Assembly (NCBI RefSeq): GCF_037042905.1 | Contig: NC_087252.1 | Location: 16,928,001 to 16,992,000 of the forward strand | Direction: 5' to 3' | Length of the DNA: 64,000 nucleotides | DNA from: Lytechinus pictus | Lineage: Eukaryota | Shown here: piece after piece, positions 47,944 through 60,041 of the stretch | Numbering within the stretch: position 1 is the first letter of the stretch | Layout of the letters: every line of letters begins with the position of its first letter | The notes under the pieces: model-generated | The model's input: the letters and a program-made list of their open reading frames with translations, nothing else | Databases searched by the model: none | Told to the model about the DNA's origin: nothing | Program-made: the position numbers and the translations under genes

Positions 47944-49980
47944 GGGCCCATTTCATAAAGGTACAGCGTCAGCGTCAAGTCCCAAAACAGTGTCAAATTT
48001 TCACTTGCAGCGTCAAATTTAATATTTGACGCTGCAGCGCATTTCATAAAAAGTTGACGCTCCAGTGGGAGCGTCAACTTTTTACTGGAGCGTCAAGTAT
48101 GGTTACTGGAGCGTCAAATAGGGTTAAATATTTGACGCTGGTCATGGGGGAGCGTCAAGTTGACACTGTAAAAGGTTTTTCATTGTGAAGAATGGCATAC
48201 GTTGTGCTCAGGCATGCCCAAAGGGCTCTTACAAGAGAACGGATATCTAGAGCAATGTCTATGATAATAATGCTAATGAAGAATATATTAAGGTAATGCT
48301 TTCTAGTAGAAATGCCGTTTCTTTTTTTTTGTTCTACCTATCCCCCCCAAAAAAAAAAATGTTAAAAATTCCTCCGAAACAGCAATTTTTTCAGTCTTTC
48401 CCAGGGCAGGCAAAGGGAAAAAAAGGGAGGTTATAGACAGACTTAAAAAATAAAAAAAAATGGAGAGGATTTTTTTTCTTGTGGGAAAAAATAGAGGAAG
48501 GTAGATCTATTATGTGGAAGTGTTTAATTCAAGGCCTAAATTAAAAAAGCCCTAGGCCATAAACAAGGATACACTTCGGAATTCCGAAGGTTCTTTATTC
48601 CGAAGGTCCATAATTCCGAAACACGTAAATTGCCTATACCTCGACGTTCGTTAATCTGAAAACGTAAAAGGGTTCGTTAATCCGAACATTTGTGGCGTTA
48701 TTTCGAAGGTTCGACAATCCGAAAACGAAATAAGGTTTGATGTTCCGAAGGTTCGTTAATCCAAGAACGAAATAAGGTTCGTTGTTCCGAAGGTTCGTCA
48801 ATCCGAAAACGAAATAAAGTTTGTTAGTCCGAAAACGAAATAACGTTCGTTAATCATTTCGTTTTCGGACTAACGAACCTTCGGAATTACGAACCTCATT
48901 TCGTTTTCGGATTAACGAACCTTCGGAATTACGAACCTCACTTCGTTTTCGGACCAACGATCCTTCGGAATAATGAAGCTTCGGAATTACGAATGTATGC
49001 GATAAAAAAATGATTGCTTTTTTTTCTGTTTCTGACTTTCTCCAAAAAAAAAGTTGTGGCCATGGCATTGTTGAATCCATTTACTGAATGGTTATTCACT
49101 GTTGAAACCGATAACTTAAAAATCATTTCCATTTTGAACAAAAATAATCTTTTAAGTTCAGTTTCGATGTTTCATGCATAATTAGAGCCTACAAATTTAC
49201 TTGCTTCAGGGTGATTTTTAACAGCACTGCACCAGCAGTGGCCTGTGCCTGCCCTGTTGTTGATACAACCTTGCATTACCGACACAAATAGTCAAGTGTG
49301 GGACTGGGATTAAACTTGTACGGTAGAAACTTTGTTGAAGGGGAAATTTCGACCGGCAATAATGATGCCTTTTCACTTTTTTCAAAAAAAAATTTTCCAT
49401 GGCATAGGGCTAAAATATATAAATTATCTGAAAACTTACACAATGGAGAATAATGCTATGCCATCCCAGGAAAAATTAGTATTTTCTTCTTACTCTCTTC
49501 TAGAATTGCAAGCCAGGCATTACCATAGAGCCATCACTCTGTATCAACGGCTAGTCTTATGCTGCAGACCCTGTTTGCAGCTGCTAAATAACAATTTCGC
49601 TCCCAAAAAAATTTACAAGCAAAAAAATATATATATTCTCCTTCAATTTTGTTTCTTCTAATTTTGCTTCTCAAAGGTGGGGGGGGGGGGGGGCACAGGC
49701 CGGCTGTGCCCCACCCCCCCCCCCCCCCGGATCCGCCAGTACTTTCTACCTAAACTTATGACTTGAATTGAAAACAAAAAACTGGAGAGAAAGGGGATTT
49801 CCCCCTAATCAGCCTCGTACATGACTATTCAAATAATTCGCTGGAAAGTCAAGCTGACTTTCCAGCGAATGTGCTTTTATGAAATGCAAAGTTGCTAGCA
49901 TAGCAAGTAAAAGCTGCTATTCTACCAGAGTTGCTATCATAGCAACTTGCTATGATAGCAACTCTTTATGAAATAGGCCC
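47944..49980. mobile_element. Non-autonomous PIF/Harbinger-like element inserted in the pseudogene
   Basis: 17-bp TIR GGGCC(C/T)ATTTCATAAAG with 3-bp flanks ATG/CTG. The intact paralog has a single CTG at this site. A second CATTTCATAAAA copy lies ~95 bp inside each end. Confidence 0.8.
48567..49001. mobile_element. Foldback/MuDR-like element made of TTCGTAATTCCGAAGG-type tandem repeats in inverted arms
   Basis: Repeat arms switch orientation at ~48855. Termini are GGATACACTTCGG and CGAATGTATGCG. The flanks ATAAACAA/ATAAAAAA are a possible 8-bp TSD with 1 mismatch. Confidence 0.65.
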
Positions 49981-51140
49981 CTGGTCTCTCCGCTGCGGTG
50001 GGGCAAGCTGTCGCCGAGCATGTAACTGGGCAAATGGGAATTGAGAACCACCATGCCAAGAACTCAATTGCAGTAGGCGGAGCAGTGGCCGGGGGAGCTG
50101 CTGCCGGGGCCGTGATAGGGGGTCCACCAGGTGCAGCAGTGGGCGCCGTTGTAGGTGTAGCTGGATGGGGAATAGGCAAGGTGATTGACGCTTCAATTTC
50201 AAGCGGGTTGGGCATCGTAGGGGGGCCCTCTGATAATTGGGCCTATCTCAAAATTGGTCAAATAGACCGGGAGGTTTGCTTCAGTACATATAACAAAAGG
50301 GATACAATGTACTTTAAATCTTATTGGAATGAATATAGAAGAAACGACCAGAATGAGTTTAAGATGTCTGCCGGCCAAGGCCAGCGTGATGACTTTCAGT
50401 TGACAGTGTATAAAGGCAACACATCCATAGCACATTTCCAGAAGGTGTACTAGAGAGATATGATTTTTGTAGCGAAGAACAAGCAGGGCAAACTGGCTGT
50501 GGCACACGGGAAGGGTGAGTTATGGGAAGGCGAAGCAGGAAATGTTATCATTAAGAACGAATAAAATAATCAAAGCAATTCTTACAAGTTAAGATCTTAA
50601 AGTCAAAAGGGGCCTAAGCAAAGCTAAGTTAAGATCTGAGCAAAATAACACCAAAAGGGCCAAACTTATTTACATCTATCGATGTAAGTTTTAGACGCAT
50701 ATTACATGTTTATCCAATTTTATATTTTATATTTTATATTTCCCATCTAATAAATCCCGGTGCCGCCACTCTTGATACTGTTTCCCTTATTCGATCAGAG
50801 GCAATTTATTTTGAATTAAATTTACCCCCTAACAGCTTCTAATTCGGCAACTTTGATAGTACGGGATCATTTGGTAGATATCTACTATTAACGACCTACC
50901 GACGCGTAGAAATTTTGTAAACAATTGTTAGGTAAAAGTGAATAGATAAACCTAACATTCGTCTCTATCAGAACCATCACGTGAAATTTTTATATCGAAG
51001 ATAGAGCATTTATTGTTACTTAAAATTAATTTATAAATTGTTTTGATAATTTTTGCTATCACTGTTTGGTTTGACTGGCTAACCTATCTGGGGCCTGGTG
51101 GTCTCAAGTGCTATACCTGAGACTCCGTGCATGATGCGCT

Positions 51141-54100
51141 GACCGGGCTGCGAAATTATTTTTCCCACCAAGTTCTGGACCAACATATGAATATTCATGA
51201 CTTGCGTCTTCGGATTGAGAGTACGCATGCGCGTGGACTTCGCCTCCACCAGTGCCGATCGTAAGCATTCACGTTGCTCAGAATGAATTAGCATCGTCAA
51301 ATTACCGGTACCCTTACATAGTTACATAGGTCTTATAGGCTTAGATAGGCTTATATATATATCCAATTCTTAAACACTTAATAAACTAGCTGCCATTAAT
51401 GGCAAGACATGTGCTAGGGTAGGGCTAGCTTAGGCTAGCGCATTAACTTTACCTCAAATCTGGACCTGTCTAATTAATGCCTAGTACTAATCAGTGTTGT
51501 AGTGCCTTGATGCTCGGCCTTGGCCTTAATGCCTACTTTTTCAAAGCCTTGGCCTTGAGAGGGCCTTGGCCTTGAGGATTTTGAGCATTTAAATTTCAAG
51601 GCATTTTGTATTTTGTACTTTCATTTGTTTGAAATAAGTAATTATAGATGTTTCAATTTTTTTTTTTAATATACAGTATTTAATAACACTAATGGTCAAT
51701 ACTACCAATCACCAGTAACAGTAGCAGCAGCAGTAGTAAGTGTACTAGCAGTGTCATCAATTGTAATTGTCACCATTATCAAGAAATTCAAACAAAGAAT
51801 ACATCAGTTATGAAAAATAGCATTATGTATTGGTAATATGTTGTAATCATATGATGATAATGACAGTAAATAATAATGGTCATGATCAAGATAATAGTGC
51901 TTTGATGACAAGAATAATTTTTACATCTGACTGCAATTTTGACAACAATTTTCATACTTTAAACATAGCTAGCTCTAAAGAACGATAACAAGGTTGATTT
52001 CTATTCCATTAGGATTTTCCTTGTATTATTTTCTTTGGCCAACAAGAATGTTTTAAGTCTTAATGATATTCTGAAAAGATTTGGTAAACTTGAACACAGT
52101 CTTCAATTTTGTCATATCCAAATGGGTTATGTCAATGGCATGATGAGCCAGAAACTTTGAGGGGCCAAACATGGCATACAAAGCAAAATTTCTGTCAAAA
52201 AAAAGAAGAAAGCGATTGAAGCGAGCGAGTGAACAAAATTTGTCCCCCTCTTTCTATAGGAAAAGCTAATTTTGCGATAGATTGTTTAAAAAATAATATC
52301 ACATTTACTCCATCTTTTCCTTTCCCTTCCCCCCCCCCTTGTCTAAGTTTATTCTTGGTGGTGGAACTTCTTCTTCTCTCTATCTCTTTTCTAAATTGTA
52401 TATATGTTTTGGGTCAGATTGACAAAACAAAGGGGAAGAAATGTTTACTTCTTTTTTAATCATATATCGTTCAACAGTGAATTTCATTTCTCTACAGTTT
52501 CAAGGAAATAAACAACGTATTTGTTTTTGTGTCAATATGGTTTCAAGAAATAATAATAAAAAAATAATAATTGAATAATTAAAAATTATTAATATTATCA
52601 ATAAGTATTAATAATTAATGATTGATTAACTGTTTAAAGAAATATTTAAGATTTACCCTCTCCCAACTAAGGGTATGGGGTGCGCCCTGTTTGTTTTATA
52701 TCCTTTTGAATATAACTTTATTTTGTTAGTATTCTTTATTCTGTTTTTTTAGGTAAAATAAGTGTAGAAGATTAAAGAAATGAGAATTGAAATTTAAAGG
52801 TGGTTGTAAGCAGAAAAAATTATGAAAACTGACAAGAGTCCTAAAATTGACTCATTTTCAGTTTAAGCATGTGAAAATTTTAGCTTGCGCTTTGTGCTCT
52901 CTTGCCCCCCCCCCCCCTAAAAAAAATCCCTGTAGGATTTTTTTTTTCCAAATGAAATATGCCCTTTTTAAAAGAGAAATATACCTTCTTTAATAATAAA
53001 ACATAATACATTTTAGGTTCGAAAATCACAGATTTTGAATCGTGCTTGCATCAATTATTGTTTAGTACAGTACTAATCCTGCTCATGGTTACAAAAATGT
53101 ATAAAATGTTGTTTTATGGTTAGAATATCACAAATTTTTGTCTCTCTTCCTGCACTCGCATCAATTATTGTACTCGTTCTCTTCCCGTTCACAAAAAAAA
53201 TGCTTAGAATGTCCAGTTTTCAGGTTGGAATATCACAAATTTTTGAGCTCGCGCTTTGCACTCGCATTATTTTTATTGGTGAGTTATGTATCCTATTTAA
53301 AATGCAGTAATTAACTGCTTCCTTTACTGGTCAGTATATAAAAAAAATTTAGCGAGCGAAAAGTTATTTTTTAGTTAGATAGACATCTTTTTCATGATTA
53401 CAAAACCAGCTCAAAATATTTAATTTCCATGTCTTATTACACGACATGTCAAGAAGTTTGAGCTGGTGGTTCGCGCTGGCAACATTGCGCAAGGATGCCC
53501 TTTTAACAATGATTAATTGAAATTAAAATTGAAACTTTATTTACCACAGTCTTCATAAAAAAACATACAAATCAAAAAGTATAAATATTTCAATGAAATA
53601 CATTATAACAAAAGTGAGTATATTTAAGAATAGTGGAAGGATCACTGAGAAGTTACAAGGAACTTATAAGTTAGTGATCCTGAAATTAACACAAAACAAC
53701 ACAATTAAAAAACAAATGCAGTCAGGAAATACAGAACAACAAACATAACAAAAGTATACAATTTATCTATATCAGTATTACTATTAGTATTAGACTTTCT
53801 GCATGAAATGTATTTTTAAATGTCTTTTAATGCTTTGAAGGGTTTTGCACTGCTTGATATTTTGAGGGATCTTATTCCAAATAATGGGTCCCCTACATAA
53901 AGAATAATGGCCATATATTGCACGAGTATCAGCTGAGTTTCTAGTATTATATGTATGTATATCTCTATTGGTTTGAAAAATGTTGTCAAAATTATTAGGC
54001 AAAAGGGGTCATGATCAAGATAATAGTGCTTTGAAGACATCTGACTGCAAGAAAATTAAATGTTCTATTCGTTGATATTAATTAAACATTGTTATTTATT

Positions 54101-54376
54101 AAATCCGAGGAGGGATTATCGATCAAAGTCAGATTTCCAAACTTTTTTTTGAGGAGTTTATATATATATAGATCTAAGCCTATAAGGCCTATATAACTAT
54201 GTAAGGGTACCGGTAATATGACGATGCTAATTCATTCTGAGCAACGTGAATGCTTACGACCGGCACTGGTCGGGGCAAAGTCCACGCGCATGCGTACTCT
54301 TAATCCGAAGACGCAACTCATGAATATTCATATGTTGGTCCAGAACTCGGTGGGAAAAATAATTTCGCGACCGGGC
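51141..54376. mobile_element. 3.2-kb non-autonomous element with ~205-bp TIRs (MuDR-like)
   Basis: 51141-51346 is the inverted copy of 54172-54376. No clear TSD. The interior holds hAT-like and LINE fragments. Confidence 0.7.
53517..54002 (-). mobile_element. CR1/L2 LINE 3' end
   Basis: IHTYNTRN…GPIIWNKIPQNIK…SIKRHLK, then a 3'UTR with AATAAA and a TTCAA/TTTAA-like tail. Confidence 0.8.
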
Positions 54377-55730
54377 TTGCCCCTTAAATTGTTGGTCAAC
54401 GGAGCAGCAAGCAAGAGGCCACCAGGCCTTACCTGATGCATGCTGATACAGCTGAGAATAGTAATAGATGATTAAAGTTAATGTACGCAATTATACATAT
54501 AACTACATTCGTACTTAAAAGTTATATCTATATTCTGGCGATTGTAAGCGCTATGGTACTTTTGTGTATAGCACATATATAAATAACCATTTTATAATTA
54601 AACTTTATCAATACATTCAACTGTCATTAACCTTTACGTTTATTACATGTATCTATTTATCATCTTACTATAGTATGTAGATTACGTTTTTGTATTTCAG
54701 TACTCTAAATAAATGTTGATTATCATATGTTTTGTCTATGCACCATATTTTGGGGCTTTATTTTCCTTACATAAATTATATTAGGTGTATGTTTTGTAAG
54801 TATCTTATTCGTATGTAATGACGCAATGACTGACATGAATAATATATTTTAATGATTAATTGGAAGATAAAGGGAGAAGTTCACGTTTGCGTTAAGTTGA
54901 TTTTGATAAAGCAGATCAACAATTGAAATGCAGCCATTAAGTTTTGGCAGAGTCTGTAACAAGAGAACGGAGTTATGAATTTAAAAAAAAATATTTGAAA
55001 ACAAAAACAACTTCTCGTGTGTCAGGTGAAGTGTATCTTTTTCTGTAAAAGGGAAAGTCGTTTTATTTATGCGAATAATTTATCATATACATTAGTTTCT
55101 AAAAATAAAACCTTAGTTTGTCTTCATCATGAAGTATAAAACATTTTGAATTTATGGTATCGAAATTACACGACGTATGTGGCATAATACATCACAAATT
55201 ATTAAGCCTTTACAGTCTTATAACTGCCTATATTTGTTGTTGTTGGACTTCCATCGAATCTCTGTTAACATTTTATCTAATTTTTCTTTTTTCATTAAAA
55301 TCACCCTGTTTTTATGATGTACATGTAAGTCACCTTTAACACCAAATTATCATTAGCAATACAATTATAGACTATAACTATGGATTACTTAATCAATACG
55401 AAGTGTTGAACGTTTAGGAGCAAAATAAAGCACATATTTAGTGGAACCTTTTACCTAGACCAAAATGATACACAAATCTGATATGGTGACATAAACTGTT
55501 GATATGTTGTTTTTTCTCGGATTTCGTTAAAATCAATATCTATTGTGTTTGTGATATTTTTTTATTACTAAATATTTCAAGCTTATATCGAGAAAACAAC
55601 TCTTGGAATGGTTTGTCAATTTTCAACCAACCCTTAACCAACGCTGGGTCGGTCCTATTTGAATACTTATCTCCTCCCAAACTGTGCTGGTCACTAAACA
55701 TCACTAAACATGCTAAAGGTAAATAGGTAT

Positions 55731-55762
<32 letters not shown>

Positions 55763-56330
55763 CGGGAAAGAGAAAAAGAAAAATCCATAGATATGACACT
55801 AGAGAAACAGATGAAAAGAGAGTGAGACAAAGAGATTATGAATTTCATGTGTCATGGATAAATAAAGGTCTGAGAAAGTGCAACAAATTGATTAAGTTTG
55901 GTTTGTTGTCTTTTTTGAGAACACATGTTGAGTAGCTTTAAACTTGTATCCATATCTTGTTTATGTTTGTTTTGCTAAAGAAAGCCACAGTCTTGCTCTT
56001 TAATAAAATCAATATAATTATGCACTCCCCAGAACATGATCATATGAACGATTTTTAACAAGGGTGTGCTGGTTTGTTTAAAAATGATTTGGCAAGCCCC
56101 CGGCCCCCTCAGGGGTTTAATTCAAAATGAAGATGATTTTTCTGCAACAAAAGCTTAGCAAAAAAAATCACACGATATTTTTTTTTTCTTAATTTGAATG
56201 ATTCCATTGAAAAAAAGGCTAATATAGCGAATATTTAGCACGTGTGAAACCAAACTAGAACATAATTAGAATCACGAACGCTAATCACAATCACGAATTC
56301 AAATTCTAATCAGGAGGTAAATTCCAGTTA

Positions 56331-56865
56331 AAGGACAATTTCACCCCAGCAAACAGTTAATTTGAAGAAAAAGAGAAAAATCCAACATGCATAACACTGA
56401 AAGTTTCATCAAAATTGGAAGTAGAACAAAAAAGTTATGCCGGTTCAAAGTTTCGTTTAATTTCACAAAACAGTTATATGGACATCCTGGTCGGTATTCA
56501 AATGAGGAGACTGATGTCGTCATTCACTAACCATTTCTTCTGTATATTATCATATAAAATATGAAATGTTCTAATTTTATCCTCATTGTCAAGTAAAACC
56601 ACGATCAATTCCTCTCTGAACATGTAGAATTATAATTATTAGTGTTTAGTACTGTATGGTTCATTCAAGTTGGTCCTAATTGTCAAATCTGTAAACAAAA
56701 TGAAGTATTTTATAATTCAAACATAAAAAAACAAAAGAAATAGTGAGTGAGGGACATCATCGATTGACTCATTTGCATCTCACTGAGTTGTGCATATCAC
56801 CGTTTTGTGAAAAATATGCGAATATTTAAAATATCATAACTTTCTTATTTAACATCCGATTTTGG
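56331..56865. mobile_element. Kolobok-like MITE, truncated
   Basis: Starts TTAA|AGGACAATTTCACCCC. Internal inverted repeats are present (e.g. CATCAAAATTGG…AAAAGTTATG vs CATAACTTT…CCGATTTTG). The right terminus is missing. Confidence 0.55.
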
Positions 56866-56965
56866 TCATTATTACAATGGTGATTCAAGATTCAAGCATG
56901 AAAAGGCCCAAGGTGATGTGGATTGAATGTGGACATTATTGTATACCAGTCTATAACATGTATAA

Positions 56966-57432
56966 GGGCCTTTTCACACGTGAATCTTGAATCATCATTG
57001 TAATAATGATTGCAATTCGTCTTTCATCGGACCTTTCACACGCTCACTCGAAAACTGTGATTTAAATTTGAATTCCGAACGAACTTGAGGCGGTATGTGT
57101 CGTTTGTGACTTGTCAATCAAAGCACTGCATCGCAAATACAAACTACAATGCGTACATGGCAATTGTATTATCTACGGCATGCTTGAAAGGTCACGTAAG
57201 CTCCGCCCCCAAAAGATGTTTTGGTGGTCAAGCCTTTCACACGGAAAATTCGTACCGTAATTTGAGTGAAACTTAACTGGAATTCACCCCCGGAGTAGAA
57301 TTTGAATTCGTGATTGTGATTAGCGTTCGGGATTCTAGTTTGGTTTCACACTTGCTAAAAGTTCGCCATTAGCCTTATTCTTCAATGGAATTGTCATTCT
57401 AATTACGATTTTTTTTCCGTGTAAAAGGGCCG
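56966..57432. mobile_element. Harbinger-like MITE
   Basis: TIR GGGCCTTTTCACACG / CGTGTAAAAGGGCCG with a TAA TSD. An inverted, broken sister copy lies at ~56160-56909. Confidence 0.75.
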
Positions 57433-59209
57433 TAATTTCAAGGGAATGCACACCCCTACAAAAATATTGGGGTGCTTCAGCTTCCTGGGAGCGCGGGGGT
57501 AGGCCTTATAAATATACATGTAAGTCTAATATTTGGTCTTGAGGTTAATTCAAGGTGATGGAGAGCCTTTAGCCAGCTAAGAATGTGAAGAAACGAGCTT
57601 TTGAATATATTTCTACTATTTTTTAAATCTTTAAATCCATCTATACATGTGCACAGCGGTGTATGACACTCACTTTGCGCGTCTTTCATACCTATCCTCG
57701 CTTTACCTGTCTCTCTCCCCCTCTTTCTCTCCTTTATTCTTTCTCTCTCGTGATCTCTCTCTATTTATTTTTCTCTTTCTTTCCCTCTACCTCCATCTTT
57801 GCCTAGTTCTCCCTCTCTCCCTCTCTGTATTTATTTTTGTCTTTCATCATGTTTTAGTCGTTCTAGTATTTGATAAAAAAGAACAAAAACATGTTTTTTT
57901 TTCAGGCAATCGTTAAAACTCAGTGCTTTTTTTAATGGTTTATTTATTTTATGACCAGAAAAATTGGCAAAACAATAACATTTCTTATGAAAAATATTCA
58001 TATATAAGGTTACATGCTAAATATACTAATCAATCTGATCAATTATAATAGTTTTAGAAACTAAACCCCGTCTCCGTGAAGAAGGAACCCAAAAAAATAC
58101 AAGTATATATTTTTCAGAATTAAACTTTCTTCGTTAACCATGAATATTACCGTTCTTAATGAACACACACACACCCACCCATCCATACACACCATAAATT
58201 CAGCTCAATATAATCTAAATGACGATATGCCATGAGCGCTTCTACCGCCAGACAAAGTGCCATTTAATAGCTGTAGACTTCGTTTCATTCTTGGATAATA
58301 AACTAGCACCGTGTATATTTAGAATTACAACAAAAGTTTATAAAATAGTGTACGAAAAATATGTGTTTGGTATTTTGCAAAAGTGATACTGTGCTCACCG
58401 GAATAGGACTAGATTGTTTGCCGGGATCGCCTATATCTTTTTTTTCTCTCTTCTAAAGTATCTTTTGCTTGATGCAGCCCGGTAATTATGGAAATGAAAT
58501 AAGAAATCGGATGAAAATTCACGACTCATATTCATTTTATTTAGATCAACTTCCAAAAACAGATACATGTAACTGACAATTTTCTTTGACGAGCTTTTTT
58601 TCAAATTTCCTATCAATTTTGAAAAAAATGTTTATACACCTCAATCAATAAAAAAAATAATGCTTGTGATATTTGGTTGTTCCTAACTATAACGCGCCAT
58701 ATATGTTTGACACGTCGTTCATGGCTCTAATACACACGAAAACTACATAGAGATATACATTATATAAGTACAATATCATGATATAGAATGGAAAAAAAAC
58801 CCAATTACTATAAATAAAAATAAGTACACCATCAGTAATTAATACCTAAATACTAATGTGATTATATGTACATGTAAAAAGTGTAACAAATGAATTCTAT
58901 CAAAATGTTTTAACAACCTACGGTATAACCGTAGCTCCATGGTATAACGAAGATCATTGGGATTGCATTGTAGAGATATGCTTTAGTAACAATGACGGGC
59001 TAATAATAGACTTTAGAATGTTTAGAGACGTCGTTCCCGTGTAGAATGTCTTGTGAAACCTAATTAATGTAAATATATTTTTACTGCTTCAAAGGAGTAA
59101 TGGACCGAACTGGTTTTAACTCAAAAGGCATCCTCTTTTCCCGACTACGGCCCTGCGATAGTTTCATGTTCACTTTACAGGGAGGGAATTATTATTATTT
59201 TTTATTTAC

Positions 59210-59215
<6 letters not shown>

Positions 59216-59283
<68 letters not shown>
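59216..59283. repeat. (TA)n microsatellite
   Basis: Direct reading. Confidence 0.95.
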
Positions 59284-59299
<16 letters not shown>

Positions 59300-60041
59300 G
59301 GGGGGGGCTATTCTAATAAGCTTAAGGTTTCTGTATTTATAACTGATTGATAAGGAGGCGATATGTTTAGTTACTTCATCCTCGTTATGTAGATTGTCTT
59401 GCAGACAACGGTTGAAACGAATGAACAAATATATGGCCAAAAATAATTAAACACGAATGATACTGTGTTTATTTCATTCAGCTGTGTGGTGATGATTTAA
59501 CTTATACTATATACTTCTTATTTTAGTTAGAAATAAAAATAATGAGAAGAATACCTCTACTCTGAGCCACCAAAATGATATTTGGTTTAAAACGGTTTTA
59601 CACTTTTATTAATGTTCGACTGTCTATCAGTCTACCAATAGTCAGTCGGCGCTATCAACTTTGCCGAATTTAAAGATTTTGAATACATTTTAAAATTCGG
59701 AATGAACATTAATTCATAGTGAATGAAAAACAATAACAAACATACATTATGTTATAAAAAATATATATGATCTTAAGTTTTACGTTTACGTGAAAGTTTG
59801 AAGTTACAATGGTTAAGATTTTAACAAAGTCCCCGATAAAACCGATTTTCTTTCGCTATGTTTGCTCGAATCTTTAAAGATGCACGATCCCAGGGTTCAA
59901 GGAGGCGCTGCTGGACATACGTACGCCGTGCGGACGGCGCCATGCAAATTACGTCGATGATCTTCGTAATGAAGATATCGGCGGGAACAAACTGTTCAAC
60001 AGCGTCGGATATCGTGCACCTTTAAATGGTGGCGACCAAAC

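Larger units (their letters stand above)
47853..50564 (+). pseudogene. Disrupted, 5'-truncated paralog of the 60042-61106 glycine-zipper gene
   Basis: 47853-47940 and 49981-50564 are colinear with the intact CDS (from ~codon 131 to the end) and are split by a 2-kb insertion. A TAT->TAG nonsense change occurs at 50451-50453. The frame continues to the homologous stop at 50562-50564. Confidence 0.88.

Noticed and set aside
48164..48174. CACTGTAAAAG as a partner TIR for the EnSpm element
   Set aside because: It is on the wrong side of the element, matches only 9 bp, and lies within Harbinger subterminal repeats.
51079..54436. Two similar 72-73-aa ORFs (MTMLIHSEQREC…)
   Set aside because: They are the two TIRs of one element translated from non-credible starts.
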